64,000 bases of DNA. It comes from Promethearchaeota archaeon. GTDB lineage: Archaea; Asgardarchaeota; Lokiarchaeia; Sigyniarchaeales; SOKP01. The translations under genes were made by a program, and so were the position numbers. The stretch is taken from positions 64,001-128,000 of the forward strand of contig JAHPZE010000008.1 of the NCBI GenBank assembly GCA_019058365.1, given 5' to 3'. The notes under the pieces were generated by a model. It had not been told where the DNA came from, did not search any database, and was given only the letters and a program-made list of their open reading frames with translations. This document shows, one piece after another, positions 29,937-38,338 of this stretch. Numbering within the stretch: the first letter of the stretch is position 1; every line of letters starts with the position of its first letter.

Positions 29937-30260
29937 TCATTTCAATACTCCTATCCATTTTAAAAATCTGAAAACAAGAATTCCAATTAGTATAATACAT
30001 ATCAGAATATCTGTAATTGTTAACAAATCGGTGCTTGCTAGTAAAAATATTCCTAATAACCATCCAATGATATAAGAAGTTGCCCAGTGAGGCATTTCTA
30101 GAATAAGAATTATTATGCCAACTATGCTTGATATATCAAAGATCCAAATGAAATCTCTTAAATCTGTACTGGCAAAAATGGATATAATTATTGGAGGTAT
30201 TATTCCCACAACTATTTCCGAGATAGCTGCATCAGCACTTTCATCAAACTTACTAGACAT
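29937..30260 (-). CDS. Small integral membrane protein (~4 TM)
   Basis: Hydrophobic segments throughout; ATG start. Confidence 0.65.
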   Translation of the reverse strand: MSSKFDESADAAISEIVVGIIPPIIISIFASTDLRDFIWIFDISSIVGIIILILEMPHWATSYIIGWLLGIFLLASTDLLTITDILICIILIGILVFRFLKWIGVLK

Positions 30261-30295
30261 GATTATGAAACACTCTTTAAATTTTATAAAACTGG

Positions 30296-30342
30296 GATTT
30301 TGATAATAATATAAGAAATAGAAGATATTAATGTTATTGAAG
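30296..30342 (+). repeat. 47-bp direct repeat, left copy
   Basis: GATTTTGATAATAATATAAGAAATAGAAGATATTAATGTTATTGAAG; one mismatch to 35671-35717. Confidence 0.93.
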
Positions 30343-30382
30343 TGGAAATGGATTTAAAACTACATAAAAAAGAGAAAAAATC

Positions 30383-30580
30383 ATGAAGCAAAAATTAAAC
30401 ACACTTGATTTAGAATTTTTATTTACATATTATGACGATCTCAGAAGTGATCATTTTGAAGCAAGAACAAAATTTAAGAAATTCATATTATCTCTTAGGA
30501 TCAAACACTTGAAGAAGATCATAGATAAAGCTGTAAGTAAAGGAGAACCTCTTCCTTATTTATTTATAGTTTTTGTTTAA
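30383..30580 (+). CDS. Small hypothetical protein
   Basis: 65-aa ORF with ATG and T-rich tract downstream. Confidence 0.5.
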   Translation: MKQKLNTLDLEFLFTYYDDLRSDHFEARTKFKKFILSLRIKHLKKIIDKAVSKGEPLPYLFIVFV

Positions 30581-30684
30581 TTTTTAGATTAGATTTTAAA
30601 ATAAAAAAAAATTTTAACTAAGTCATATTTATATATAAAAATGATTTTCCAGATGCATGAGTTTCGTGCAATAATCCCAACCCT

Positions 30685-33105
30685 GTGTTTGACATGAGCG
30701 AAGAAAAACTAGCAATACATAAAAGAAAAGTAGAAGCGATCTCTGAAATGGTTAGAAATGCGTACGATAACGCGAAGCCGGGGGAATATTTCTCTCTAAA
30801 AAAGGCGAGCGTTTCCCACATGGCTCCACAGCCGGATAATCCGATCTATAGTGACAAGCCGATAGACGTGAAGTCACTTACAGACATTATTGAGATAAAC
30901 ACGGATACAAGGACGTGTATTGCAGAAGCAGGGGTTACTTTTGTTAGGCTTGCAAGAGAAACCTTAAAGTATGGGCTCGTACCGCAATGTGTTTCCGAGC
31001 TCAAGGGAATCACGATAGGCGGGGTAGTAGCAGGATGTTCAGTTGAATCCATGTCTTTCAAGTATGGGGGATTTTTCGATTCCTGTGAAGAAATAGAGAT
31101 TGTGACAGGAACAGGTGACATAATGTTATGCACGAAAAGTGATAACCATGAAATATTCGAGATGCTGCACGGGAGTTTCGGCACGATTGCAATCATCACG
31201 CTCCTGAAGTTCAGACTCGTTCCAGCAAAAGAGTGCGTCCGCATCGATTACATCCGTTACGAAACTTTTAGTGAATACATGGAAGCTATCAAGCAACACT
31301 ACGAAAAGCAGGATATAGAAATGATGGACGGGCTTATCTTCTCCGAGAATATGAACGTACTCTGCGTTGCCAGCTTCGTTGATGAGGAGGAAGCTCCTTA
31401 CAAGAGTAAATATTTCTACGATATTTATTACAAAAGTGCGATGAAAAAAAAACGAGACTTCCTCTTCACCATAGATTATTTTTTCAGGTATGATGCAGAT
31501 TGCCACTGGTCGATACGGAATGTTGCTGGAGGAATTTTTGAGAATAAAGTAGTCCGGTGGTTAGTAGGGCCCTTTATACTTGGATCGACAAATATTCTTA
31601 AGATCAGCGAACGATTGCCATTTTTAACTAAGAATGGGGGAGAACCGGATGTGATTGTTGATGTCTTCATACCAATCACTCACGCGGAAGAATTTTTCAA
31701 TTGGTACCTGGAGTTATTTGATTACTTCCCGGTTTGGATCGTCCCTTACCGCATGCAAAAAAACAAACTAGATGGGTACAAGTTCTACCCATGGATCAAT
31801 CAAGACATGGTCGCTCCCATCGAGGATGAACTATTCATAGATTTTGCCATCTACGGGTTCGAGCAAAAAAGAAAGGGATTTAACTTCTATAAAGCGCTAG
31901 AAGAAAAGGTTCATGAGCTCAGGGGAATGAAAACCCTGATAACTCACAATTTCTACGAGGAAGACTTGTTCTGGAAGGTATATAACAAGAAATTATACGA
32001 TAAAGTGAAAGAACGAACGGATCCCAAGAACCTATTTCGAAACTTGTACGAAAAGACGAATTATAAGAAAAAGACTGAAAAGACGAAAAGACTGAAGGTA
32101 GGTATACCACGTTCCCTGTATTTCTACAAGTATTTTCCATTATGGGAAGGAATGCTTACAAGTCTTGGTTGCGAAGTTATTGTGAGTCCAGAAACAAACA
32201 AAGAAATTCTTACCAACGGATCTAATCAATCTGCAACCGATTTATGCATTCCAATGAAGATTCATTATGGCCATGTGAATTATTTATCGACAAATCACCC
32301 CGATCTAGATTTTATATTTGCTCCAAGATTCATTAGTAATAGTAATGATCATTATTATTGTCCGAAATTTCTGATCCTTCCAGATGTCACTCAACACTCA
32401 GCAGTTTCTAATATTCCCGTTATTGAATGGGTTTTTAATGCCAGGGAACATTCAATGATGAAATCAGCAATAGATTTTGGAAAAACATTAGATAAATCAA
32501 AAGAAGAATCAAAACTTGCGTATGAGAATGGATATAAAAAACTTGAAGAATTCCATAAGTTGATTGAAGATGGAATTCTTGTTCCTGATGCACTTTACAA
32601 AATGTATCCTTTTGAAAAATATCCAAATTATAAGTTTAAGAAAAGATTTCGACCTAAACTTAACAAAGATTATGAAAATTATCCACTTAAATTAATGGTT
32701 CTTGGCCATCCATACAATACTTATGAACCAATTATTAATCATGGATTAATGGATATTCTCAAATCCAATTTTGTTGATGTTGTAAGTGTTGAAAATGCTC
32801 CAAAGGAAATCTTCTCAAGAAGAGTTGAAATTGATGATAATCTTGAAAATTTCTGGGATAATGAAGATGAATTGATGCAATTATCTGATTATGTTATCCA
32901 TAATGAAGAGATTGATGGGGGTATTTTCTTGATTTCTTTTGCATGTGGTCCTGATTCTTTAATTCAAGAATTGGTAATGCAGGATTTTGACATGAAAGAT
33001 AAGCCTTATATTGATCTCACATTAGATGAACACACTGGAGAATCTCAAATAATCACAAGAGTAGAATCTTTTGTCGAAATGATAAGGAGGAAGAAATACA
33101 AATGA
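30685..33105 (+). CDS. Fusion: DHCR24/TmsA(Rv3719)-like FAD oxidoreductase + DUF2229/2-hydroxyacyl-CoA dehydratase-like (PlsA/PlsR-type) domains
   Basis: N-part ELKGITIGG..AGCSVESMSFKYG, LHGSFGT, YFFRYDAD, DPKNLFRNLYEKT; C-part KVGIPRSL, DLCIPMKIHYGHV, YYCPKF, LGHPYN, SFACGPDS, LTLDEHTGE...TRVESF. Confidence 0.85.
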   Translation: MFDMSEEKLAIHKRKVEAISEMVRNAYDNAKPGEYFSLKKASVSHMAPQPDNPIYSDKPIDVKSLTDIIEINTDTRTCIAEAGVTFVRLARETLKYGLVPQCVSELKGITIGGVVAGCSVESMSFKYGGFFDSCEEIEIVTGTGDIMLCTKSDNHEIFEMLHGSFGTIAIITLLKFRLVPAKECVRIDYIRYETFSEYMEAIKQHYEKQDIEMMDGLIFSENMNVLCVASFVDEEEAPYKSKYFYDIYYKSAMKKKRDFLFTIDYFFRYDADCHWSIRNVAGGIFENKVVRWLVGPFILGSTNILKISERLPFLTKNGGEPDVIVDVFIPITHAEEFFNWYLELFDYFPVWIVPYRMQKNKLDGYKFYPWINQDMVAPIEDELFIDFAIYGFEQKRKGFNFYKALEEKVHELRGMKTLITHNFYEEDLFWKVYNKKLYDKVKERTDPKNLFRNLYEKTNYKKKTEKTKRLKVGIPRSLYFYKYFPLWEGMLTSLGCEVIVSPETNKEILTNGSNQSATDLCIPMKIHYGHVNYLSTNHPDLDFIFAPRFISNSNDHYYCPKFLILPDVTQHSAVSNIPVIEWVFNAREHSMMKSAIDFGKTLDKSKEESKLAYENGYKKLEEFHKLIEDGILVPDALYKMYPFEKYPNYKFKKRFRPKLNKDYENYPLKLMVLGHPYNTYEPIINHGLMDILKSNFVDVVSVENAPKEIFSRRVEIDDNLENFWDNEDELMQLSDYVIHNEEIDGGIFLISFACGPDSLIQELVMQDFDMKDKPYIDLTLDEHTGESQIITRVESFVEMIRRKKYK

Positions 33106-34133
33106 ATGAACCAGAATTTATCAAGAATCTTCTTTCAGATGATGTGGATGGCAAGTTATATTTAGGAATCGATGTCGGAAGTGTCTCCACGAAATGTGCA
33201 ATAATTAATGAGAGAAGTGAATTATTGTATGCTACCTGGACCAGAAATGATGGTTCTCCCATTGTTTCTACACAAGAAAATCTAAAATACATGGAAGAAG
33301 TCCTTCCCGATAACATCGAAAAAAGTATTTGTGGTGTGGGGACAACAGGTTCCGCTAGGTATTTAATAAAAGCTCTTATCGGTGCAGATGTAGCAAAACC
33401 TGAAATAATTGCTCATGCAATTGGAGCTTCAACTTATACCCCTGACGTGAGAACAATTCTTGAAATCGGGGGACAGGACAGCAAAGTTATATTGATGAAA
33501 AATGGCATCGTAACAGATTTTAACATGAACAGTGTTTGTGCTGCGGGAACTGGCTCGTTTCTTGATCACCAAGCTATTCGGCTGAAGGTTCCAATTGAGG
33601 AATTTGGGGATTACGCTCTTCGGGCAGAAGAGGAGGTTTCAATTGCAGGACGATGCACAGTTTTTGCCGAATCTGATATGATTAGTAAACAACAAGAAGG
33701 ATATTCTAAAGAATCAATTATCAAGGGATTGTGTAAAGCTCTTGTTAGAAACTACTTGAATAATGTTTGCAAAGGCAAGAAACTCTCCCCTCCTTTTGTA
33801 TTTCAGGGGGGAGTTGCAGCAAATTCCGGAATAAAAAATGCTTTTGAAGAAGAATTGGGGTATGAAGTCATTATTCATGAAAATTTTTATGTAATGGGAG
33901 CATTTGGTTCAGCTATTTTGGCAAAGGAACATGTAAATGGACAAATATCTTCTTTTCATGGCCTAAAAGTTAGTGAAATGAACTTGGCTACAGGTTCATT
34001 TGTCTGTCCTGATTGTCCAAATAGATGTACAGTTAAATACATTGTCAGAGAAGAAGATAAAAGTAGAGTAACTGGAAGAGAAAAGGATGATAGGATATTT
34101 GCGCGATGGAATAGTAGGTGCGGTAAATGGTAA
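33102..34133 (+). CDS. CoA-substrate activase ATPase (BadF/BadG/BcrA/BcrD, HgdC-like) with PlsA-type C-terminal Cys motif
   Basis: LGIDVGSVSTK, TTGSAR, EIGGQDSK, MNSVCAAGTGSFLD, RCTVFAESD, FQGGVAAN, FVCPDCPNRC...SRCGKW. Confidence 0.92.
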   Translation: MNEPEFIKNLLSDDVDGKLYLGIDVGSVSTKCAIINERSELLYATWTRNDGSPIVSTQENLKYMEEVLPDNIEKSICGVGTTGSARYLIKALIGADVAKPEIIAHAIGASTYTPDVRTILEIGGQDSKVILMKNGIVTDFNMNSVCAAGTGSFLDHQAIRLKVPIEEFGDYALRAEEEVSIAGRCTVFAESDMISKQQEGYSKESIIKGLCKALVRNYLNNVCKGKKLSPPFVFQGGVAANSGIKNAFEEELGYEVIIHENFYVMGAFGSAILAKEHVNGQISSFHGLKVSEMNLATGSFVCPDCPNRCTVKYIVREEDKSRVTGREKDDRIFARWNSRCGKW

Positions 34134-35461
34134 ATGTTAGACTTTCATTTTCACGAATGGGTTGGAGCTATATTTTTTTCAAAGGTTTATTCCATGATCT
34201 TCCTGGTATTGAGGTTGTTGAACCTCCTCTAGTAAACACTGAAATCGTTAGTGAAGGAGTTAAAAATTCTCCTGAATTCGTTTGTTTTCCATTTAAAGTC
34301 ATTCTTGGTGAAATGATAAACCTGTATCGTAATTATGATGTTAAAGATTTTGCGATGATTGCTGACTACGGCCCATGTCGAGCAGGAATTTATGCTGTCG
34401 TCCAGAAAAGAATCTTGAAAAATATGGGATTCAAGGATGTTAGAATGTTTTATCTACGTCAAGATGATTTTCGAAATCTTGAATGGCTAAGGGTATTTCG
34501 TGATTTAGAAAAAAGAACAGGAAGAAAATTTGATGACTATAAAATTTTAAGAAACACACTCTTGTTCTTGGTCAAAGCATACTATGTTGAAAGAATAAGC
34601 CATATTGAAGGACTTGTTAGATGTCGAGAAAAAAACAAAGCAATGACTACCAAAGTAGTTCATGCTTTGATGAATTTACTTGATAGCGAAAATAATTTGA
34701 TGAAATTATCTAATTTTGATAGAACGATAGATGAAAATTTTCGCAAGATTCCTATTGACAAGGAAATGGAACCTTTGAGGGTTTGTTATACTGGGGAAAT
34801 CCAAGTCATGTTGGAGAAATGGGTTAATTATGATCTGATGGGAGAATTAGGCGTCATGGGTATCGAGGTTCACAAGCAGTATGATGTCTTTGATTGGGTC
34901 ATGTACAAACTTGACGCCAGCAAACGAAGAAGACGACTTGAACGTGTTGCAAGAAAGTATATTCCAATGGATATTGGGGGGGAGGCTGTGTGGAATATGG
35001 GAAGTTATCTTGAGTCTCAAGAAAAAGGTTTTGATGGTTTTGTCCATATATTCCCATTTACTTGCATGCCTGAAATATCCCTCATGGGAATGTTAGAAGC
35101 TGAGAAAAACATGGACAAGTTTTTCATGCCCCAAATTCATATTAGTCTTGATGGAAGTTCTGGTTTTGAGGGACTTAGAACAAGAGTCGAGGCATTTCAT
35201 GATTTAATGGTTGGTAACAAGGAAACTAATCCCTTGTTTAGAGATGTCAAGTATGTGGTCCCGGATGAAATAAAAAATATATATTTTAAGCCGAAATCCA
35301 ATTTTGAATATTTCATATCTAGTATTGAAACCCCAATGTCAAAGGTTTTAACAATGCTGAATCCATCAAAGAAATTAGATGTAGGATTCGCCCTTAAGAA
35401 TGGACTCGAGTTTTTTTCAAGAAATTCGTTTTTTAGTATCGGATCTCTTTTTAACCTTTGA
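34127..35461 (+). CDS. 2-hydroxyacyl-CoA dehydratase-like Fe-S subunit (PlsR/Ger reductase-type domain)
   Basis: SPEFVCFPFK..LG, GPCRAGIY, TGEIQV, IGGE, PFTCMPE, SLDGSSG.EGLRTRVEAF. Confidence 0.85.
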   Translation: MVNVRLSFSRMGWSYIFFKGLFHDLPGIEVVEPPLVNTEIVSEGVKNSPEFVCFPFKVILGEMINLYRNYDVKDFAMIADYGPCRAGIYAVVQKRILKNMGFKDVRMFYLRQDDFRNLEWLRVFRDLEKRTGRKFDDYKILRNTLLFLVKAYYVERISHIEGLVRCREKNKAMTTKVVHALMNLLDSENNLMKLSNFDRTIDENFRKIPIDKEMEPLRVCYTGEIQVMLEKWVNYDLMGELGVMGIEVHKQYDVFDWVMYKLDASKRRRRLERVARKYIPMDIGGEAVWNMGSYLESQEKGFDGFVHIFPFTCMPEISLMGMLEAEKNMDKFFMPQIHISLDGSSGFEGLRTRVEAFHDLMVGNKETNPLFRDVKYVVPDEIKNIYFKPKSNFEYFISSIETPMSKVLTMLNPSKKLDVGFALKNGLEFFSRNSFFSIGSLFNL

Positions 35462-35476
35462 GAGGCTATTTTGTTA

Positions 35477-35706
35477 TGAAAGTTTCTTTTCCAAATATGG
35501 ACAATTCGTGGCCGGCGTTCAAGACTTTCTTCGAGTGTATGGGTACCGAGGTGATTCTGCCAGATCCCACGAATCGTAACGATGTGAAGATTGGCGTGAA
35601 ACACAGCCCTAAGTTCGTCTGTTTTCCCTTCAAAACTACCTTGGGAGATTTCGTGAACGTTATCGAGAAAGATTTTGATAATAATATAAGAAATAGAATA
35701 TATTAA
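35477..35706 (+). pseudogene. N-terminal fragment of a second PlsR-type paralogue, truncated at the direct repeat
   Basis: MKVSFPNM...GVKHSPKFVCFPFKTTLG parallels the start of 34127-35461; coding similarity ends at 35670, where the repeat begins. Confidence 0.8.
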
Positions 35707-35717
35707 TGTTATTGAAG
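35671..35717 (+). repeat. 47-bp direct repeat, right copy
   Basis: GATTTTGATAATAATATAAGAAATAGAATATATTAATGTTATTGAAG. Confidence 0.93.
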
Positions 35718-35932
35718 AATCATTCAAGGAAGTTAATCCTCACCCATATTAACTGTGAGAGTTTTTCCGATAAAAAATATTTTAAATTTATGAAATTCTC
35801 GTTTATTTTAGAAAATTACAAAAAATCGACTTTTGTAGGTTCGATGAAACCTTTTCAAATTGATTTTTGAAAATTTCCAGTTAATTTTTGAAAGTTACAC
35901 GTTATATTAATGTTTTATATAAAAAAGTAATT

Positions 35933-37591
35933 CTATTTTATTCTTGCATAAATTTCTCTATTCCTATCAAATTCTTTTACAATTTTTTTTCCTTCTTTAT
36001 TAGATAATGATAAATTAATCTCTGCCTTTCGACTTAGGGAGCCAGTAAAAATTTCCTCTTTACCAGAAAAAACAGCAATATTTTGACTGGCAAATTTTGG
36101 GCTTGCTCTTAAAATAACTTTATCTAGCATTATTTCAATATTAAGTTCAATTCTTTCTTTATTACCTTTTACTTTCCCATATCTAGTTAGCTCCCTAAAC
36201 TGTTCCGATTTATACTTTGATTCTTTTAGCTTTATGGGATTTACAACTACATCATTTCCAAAATTGTAAATCTCAAATTCTAAGCGATCATTTTTAAAAT
36301 TTCTTACTTCTACCACAGGTCTTGCTAAATCTTTATCTCTGAAACCATATGGGACCTTAACAGTCATTTTTAATACAAAAACTGTTGAAATATCTCCACC
36401 TTCAATGAAAATTATTGTATCTATAATTGATGGAAGCATTCCAAGCTCTATTCGACCTATAAATCTTTGAATGGCATCTATTGCCGAAGATGAATGAACT
36501 ACACCAACCATCCCTACTCCAGATAAGCGAAAATCGGAATAAATTTGAAAATCTTTTGTTGTTCTAACTTCATCAAAAATGGTAAAATCGGGTCTTACAA
36601 GTAAAAGAATATCTGCAGAATTCTCAAGGTTGCCTTCTAGTTTAGTATATTGAGTTATTTCTGGTTCTACTTGTAAATCTCTAACACTTTCAAGTGTTTT
36701 TATTACTTTCTCTTGTTTCAAATAGTAATTTGCTAATGCTGCTGAAAATGTTGATTTTCCCGCTCCTGGTGGACCTGCTACAAGTATTCCTTCCGCTTTA
36801 TGCAATCTTTTTTGTAACCTACTATCAATTGAATAATCAGATAATTGTAAACTTACTAGAGGTCGTGCTGCCGTAATTTCAACATCCTTCGAGAAAGGAG
36901 GGCGTGTAATAACTATCCTAAATTCTCTCATTTGTGCCACCACAGCACCTTCCTTTTCAATCTCAATAAATGAATGTTGATCTTCTCTAGTCACTTCTGC
37001 AATCTCCATTGCAATATCCTCTATCAACTTATTTGATATTGGTTCATCGCTGATTTTTTGTAATCGCCAACTTCCGGGAGAGCCTTTTTTAGCATAAGGA
37101 GGTATATTTTGTTTGAGATGGACACTCATCGTTTCCTCATCAAAATATTCTAATATCTTTAAAGATATAGGTAAGAGTTCTTCCTTTGATTTTTTTTCCC
37201 AAGCAAAAAGGACTTCTAATCCTTCAAATTCTCCGACATCTCCTTGTATTCTATCTGCGGTTATTAAAATAGCATTATTCTCTTTTGCATACTCTCTAAT
37301 CAAAGCATCCAATTCTCCTCCTGGAGCCATTTTGATTTCTTCTCTGGAAGGGCGTTTACCTACGATGTGTAATATAATTTCGCCTTTATCATGTAGATTT
37401 CTTAATTCTTTTAGAACTCTTAAACCAAAAAATCCAATATCTTTATGAATATTAGTCCTATACTCGACTTCAGCAACAACTATGTTTGAAATAAAAATTT
37501 CTGGTTTTTCTCCTAACTCTCCATCCTCAATTAAGGTAAGAATTTGACCATTAAAAATTACTGATGTATCACAAACAAATTTATCTGACAT
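35933..37591 (-). CDS. PIN-domain ATPase (PINA, VirB11-like ATPase)
   Basis: VCDTSV PIN start, GELDALIR, TMSVHLK, GPPGAGKSTF, LLVRPDFTIFDEVR, GMVGVVH. Confidence 0.92.
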   Translation of the reverse strand: MSDKFVCDTSVIFNGQILTLIEDGELGEKPEIFISNIVVAEVEYRTNIHKDIGFFGLRVLKELRNLHDKGEIILHIVGKRPSREEIKMAPGGELDALIREYAKENNAILITADRIQGDVGEFEGLEVLFAWEKKSKEELLPISLKILEYFDEETMSVHLKQNIPPYAKKGSPGSWRLQKISDEPISNKLIEDIAMEIAEVTREDQHSFIEIEKEGAVVAQMREFRIVITRPPFSKDVEITAARPLVSLQLSDYSIDSRLQKRLHKAEGILVAGPPGAGKSTFSAALANYYLKQEKVIKTLESVRDLQVEPEITQYTKLEGNLENSADILLLVRPDFTIFDEVRTTKDFQIYSDFRLSGVGMVGVVHSSSAIDAIQRFIGRIELGMLPSIIDTIIFIEGGDISTVFVLKMTVKVPYGFRDKDLARPVVEVRNFKNDRLEFEIYNFGNDVVVNPIKLKESKYKSEQFRELTRYGKVKGNKERIELNIEIMLDKVILRASPKFASQNIAVFSGKEEIFTGSLSRKAEINLSLSNKEGKKIVKEFDRNREIYARIK

Positions 37592-38201
37592 TATCTAAAT
37601 CGTCGTTATTGTCTTCTTTATTCAAAATTTGGAATTTTTTTACGCTATAATAAATAGGTTTTGATAACCGATCAACTGTGGCAACTATTAAATCTTTCCG
37701 AGAGCTCATAGCAACTCTGGACATCTTATCCAGATCCCTTAGTTCAATTGGATTCCCTTCAAATACTGGAAAGATAAGAAATTTCGCCGAATCTTTTTCA
37801 AAATCAGCTCCTCTCTTATATACTCGAAAATCGATTCCATCGCCATAACCTGTACGGACAATATATCCCCTTTTTCTTAAATCGCTGTAGATTATATATT
37901 TATGCCACAATCTTTCATCAAATTGAGTAAAATAAGTTAATATATTTTCAAAATCATACAGCAACTTATTCTTATCATTACTTTCCCATAATAATATTCT
38001 ATTCCTCTCAAATAAGAGTAATACCTCAATAGGATTAAGTGTTAAAATTTCCTGCCCCTTATTATCTATTTCAATGGTTCCTATAAATGAAGTGTGATGA
38101 AATTCTTCAATTCCCTTCTTATCAGTAATTATAACTTTATCTCCTTCAATTATTCCCTCTAATTGAACCTTCTCAGTTTTCTCGGATAAATCCATTGTCA
38201 T
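37581..38201 (-). CDS. endA: tRNA-splicing endonuclease subunit
   Basis: LTLNPIEVLLL, YSDLRKRGYIVRTG, DFRVYKRG, SRVAMSSRKDLIVA. Confidence 0.88.
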   Translation of the reverse strand: MTMDLSEKTEKVQLEGIIEGDKVIITDKKGIEEFHHTSFIGTIEIDNKGQEILTLNPIEVLLLFERNRILLWESNDKNKLLYDFENILTYFTQFDERLWHKYIIYSDLRKRGYIVRTGYGDGIDFRVYKRGADFEKDSAKFLIFPVFEGNPIELRDLDKMSRVAMSSRKDLIVATVDRLSKPIYYSVKKFQILNKEDNNDDLDNVR

Positions 38202-38338
38202 AAAACATTAATTATGAATTTATTATAATTAATGAATTTTTCCATGCCTTTTTCTCTATTTTAAATTTTAGATAATTAAAAATATCGAAAATTTGAGATA
38301 AATTCGTCTTTAGGTTCTATAAGTAAGAAATTCTAAAA

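Larger units (their letters stand above)
30296..35717. mobile_element. Direct-repeat-flanked accessory island (no integrase or transposase visible)
   Basis: 47-bp flanking repeats, more G/C-ending codons than flanks, last gene cut off at the right repeat. Confidence 0.55.

Noticed and set aside
30685-32090. Evidence of sterol biosynthesis (true DHCR24)
   Set aside because: Motifs fit the wider family including bacterial TmsA/Rv3719-like proteins, and no other sterol genes are present
30618-35727. Numerous antisense and alternate-frame ORFs in the island and elsewhere (e.g. 2834-3175, 27729-28166, 47487-47753)
   Set aside because: They overlap well-supported genes and have no motifs; expected shadow ORFs
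29790-35900. Transposon with terminal inverted repeats
   Set aside because: No convincing TIRs and no transposase found
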